Assembly: GCA_001789395.1 (NCBI GenBank)
Contig: MFZK01000014.1
Span: 47,130-111,129 of the forward strand
Reading direction: 5' to 3'
Origin: Candidatus Roizmanbacteria bacterium RIFCSPHIGHO2_02_FULL_37_13b
GTDB lineage: Bacteria; Patescibacteriota; Microgenomatia; UBA1406; HO2-37-13b
DNA length: 64,000 bases
Below, in pieces: positions 63,656 through 64,000 of this stretch (positions are counted from its first letter, which is position 1; each line of letters starts with the position of its first letter). The notes under the pieces were generated by a model. The model was not told where the DNA came from, did not search any database, and was given only the letters and a program-made list of their open reading frames with translations. The position numbers and the translations under genes were made by a program.

Positions 63656-64000
63656 ATGAATATTTATCAAGAACAAATATTAGATCACTATAAAAGACCA
63701 CAAAATTACGGTCATCTTAAGAAAGCCGATCGGCAAATAGTATTAAACAATCCTCTCTGTGGTGATAAAATTTCAATGGACATCATCATAAAAAAGGGAA
63801 AAATCCAAGATGTAAGTTTCTTTGGGGAAACATGTGCCATTTCAACAGCTTCAGCCTCAATGTTAACCCAATATGTTAAAGGAAAAAAAATTACCGACTT
63901 GAAAAAATTGAGCAGTTCGTTTATTTTTAAATTATTAGGGATTGATTTAAGTCCCAGTCGAGTCAAATGCGCAGTGTTACCGTTAGAGGCATTACATAAA
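63656..64000 (+). CDS. sufU: SufU/IscU-like Fe-S scaffold, 3' end beyond window
   Basis: Hand translation gives MNIYQEQILDHYKRPQNYGHL...NPLCGDKISMDI...GETCAISTASASM...RVKCAVLPLEAL. It runs off the window, so it is absent from the ORF track. Confidence 0.88.
   Translation, partial: MNIYQEQILDHYKRPQNYGHLKKADRQIVLNNPLCGDKISMDIIIKKGKIQDVSFFGETCAISTASASMLTQYVKGKKITDLKKLSSSFIFKLLGIDLSPSRVKCAVLPLEALHK

Noticed and set aside
1-64000. Genome-wide alternative genetic code (UGA=Gly table 25, or UGA=Trp table 4), suggested by the rplV in-frame TGA
   Set aside because: All other genes, including 400-750-aa ORFs, are intact under the standard code. Many genes terminate at TGA exactly where orthologues end, often as ATGA stop/start overlaps. 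A recoded genome would fragment the ORF track.
1-64000. CRISPR arrays, rRNA genes, prophage, integrase or restriction-type defence genes
   Set aside because: Reading through the window found no regularly spaced direct repeats beyond the 7-nt heptads and paired hairpins listed. No rRNA-like conserved stretches and no recombinase other than the RAYT were seen.

Overview
AT-rich (roughly mid-30s % GC by eye) bacterial chromosome segment. It looks like a small-genome Patescibacteria/CPR-like organism. This placement is inference, based on no L30 gene between rpsE and rplO, lysine-rich compact proteins, many ATGA start/stop overlaps and a sortase/PBP/VanW envelope set. Layout: (1) 1-2230, a P-type ATPase on the minus strand. 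(2) 2.3-18.4 kb, the ribosomal supercluster rplC-rplD-rplW-rplB-rplV-rpsC-rplP-rpmC-rpsQ-rplN-rplX-rplE-rpsN-rpsS-rpsH-rplF-rplR-rpsE-rplO-secY-rpmG-adk-kinase-map-infA-rpmJ-rpsM-rpsK-rpsD-rpoA-rplQ-rplM-rpsI. This cluster has three oddities: an in-frame TGA inside rplV, rpsS moved from the L2/L22 junction to between rpsN and rpsH, and no rpsJ upstream of rplC. (3) 18.4-25.6 kb, an accessory island. It holds a RelE/Phd-type toxin-antitoxin pair, a 712-aa acidic HExxH (M2/M3/M32-like gluzincin) protein, about 0.6 kb of hairpin-rich non-coding DNA, a strikingly high-GC M17 leucyl aminopeptidase cassette bounded by short direct and inverted repeats, two small genes, and an M29-like aminopeptidase homologue. 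(4) 25.6-50 kb holds argH, a GC-rich 189-nt structured element, and envelope genes (VanW, solute-binding protein, 697-aa membrane protein, sortase, two PBP1A paralogues). It also holds nnrD, a short alaS, a RAYT (Y1/HUH transposase) flanked by REP hairpins, pgk-fbp-fba(class I), dtd, an alkD-like gene and pdxST. (5) 50.0-57.7 kb, a complete histidine operon (hisG-D-C-HAD-B-H-A-F-I-E). It is preceded by a divergent TrpR/YerC-like regulator, a palindromic operator and what reads as a ribosome-mediated leader-peptide attenuator with tandem His codons. (6) 57.7-64 kb holds alaX, a membrane protein, an Rrf2 regulator and sufCBDSU. No rRNA, tRNA or CRISPR array could be supported. The most interesting items are the high-GC pepA cassette within the peptidase island, the his attenuator/operator, the rplV in-frame UGA, the rpsS relocation, the 27.2 kb structured element and the RAYT/REP unit.
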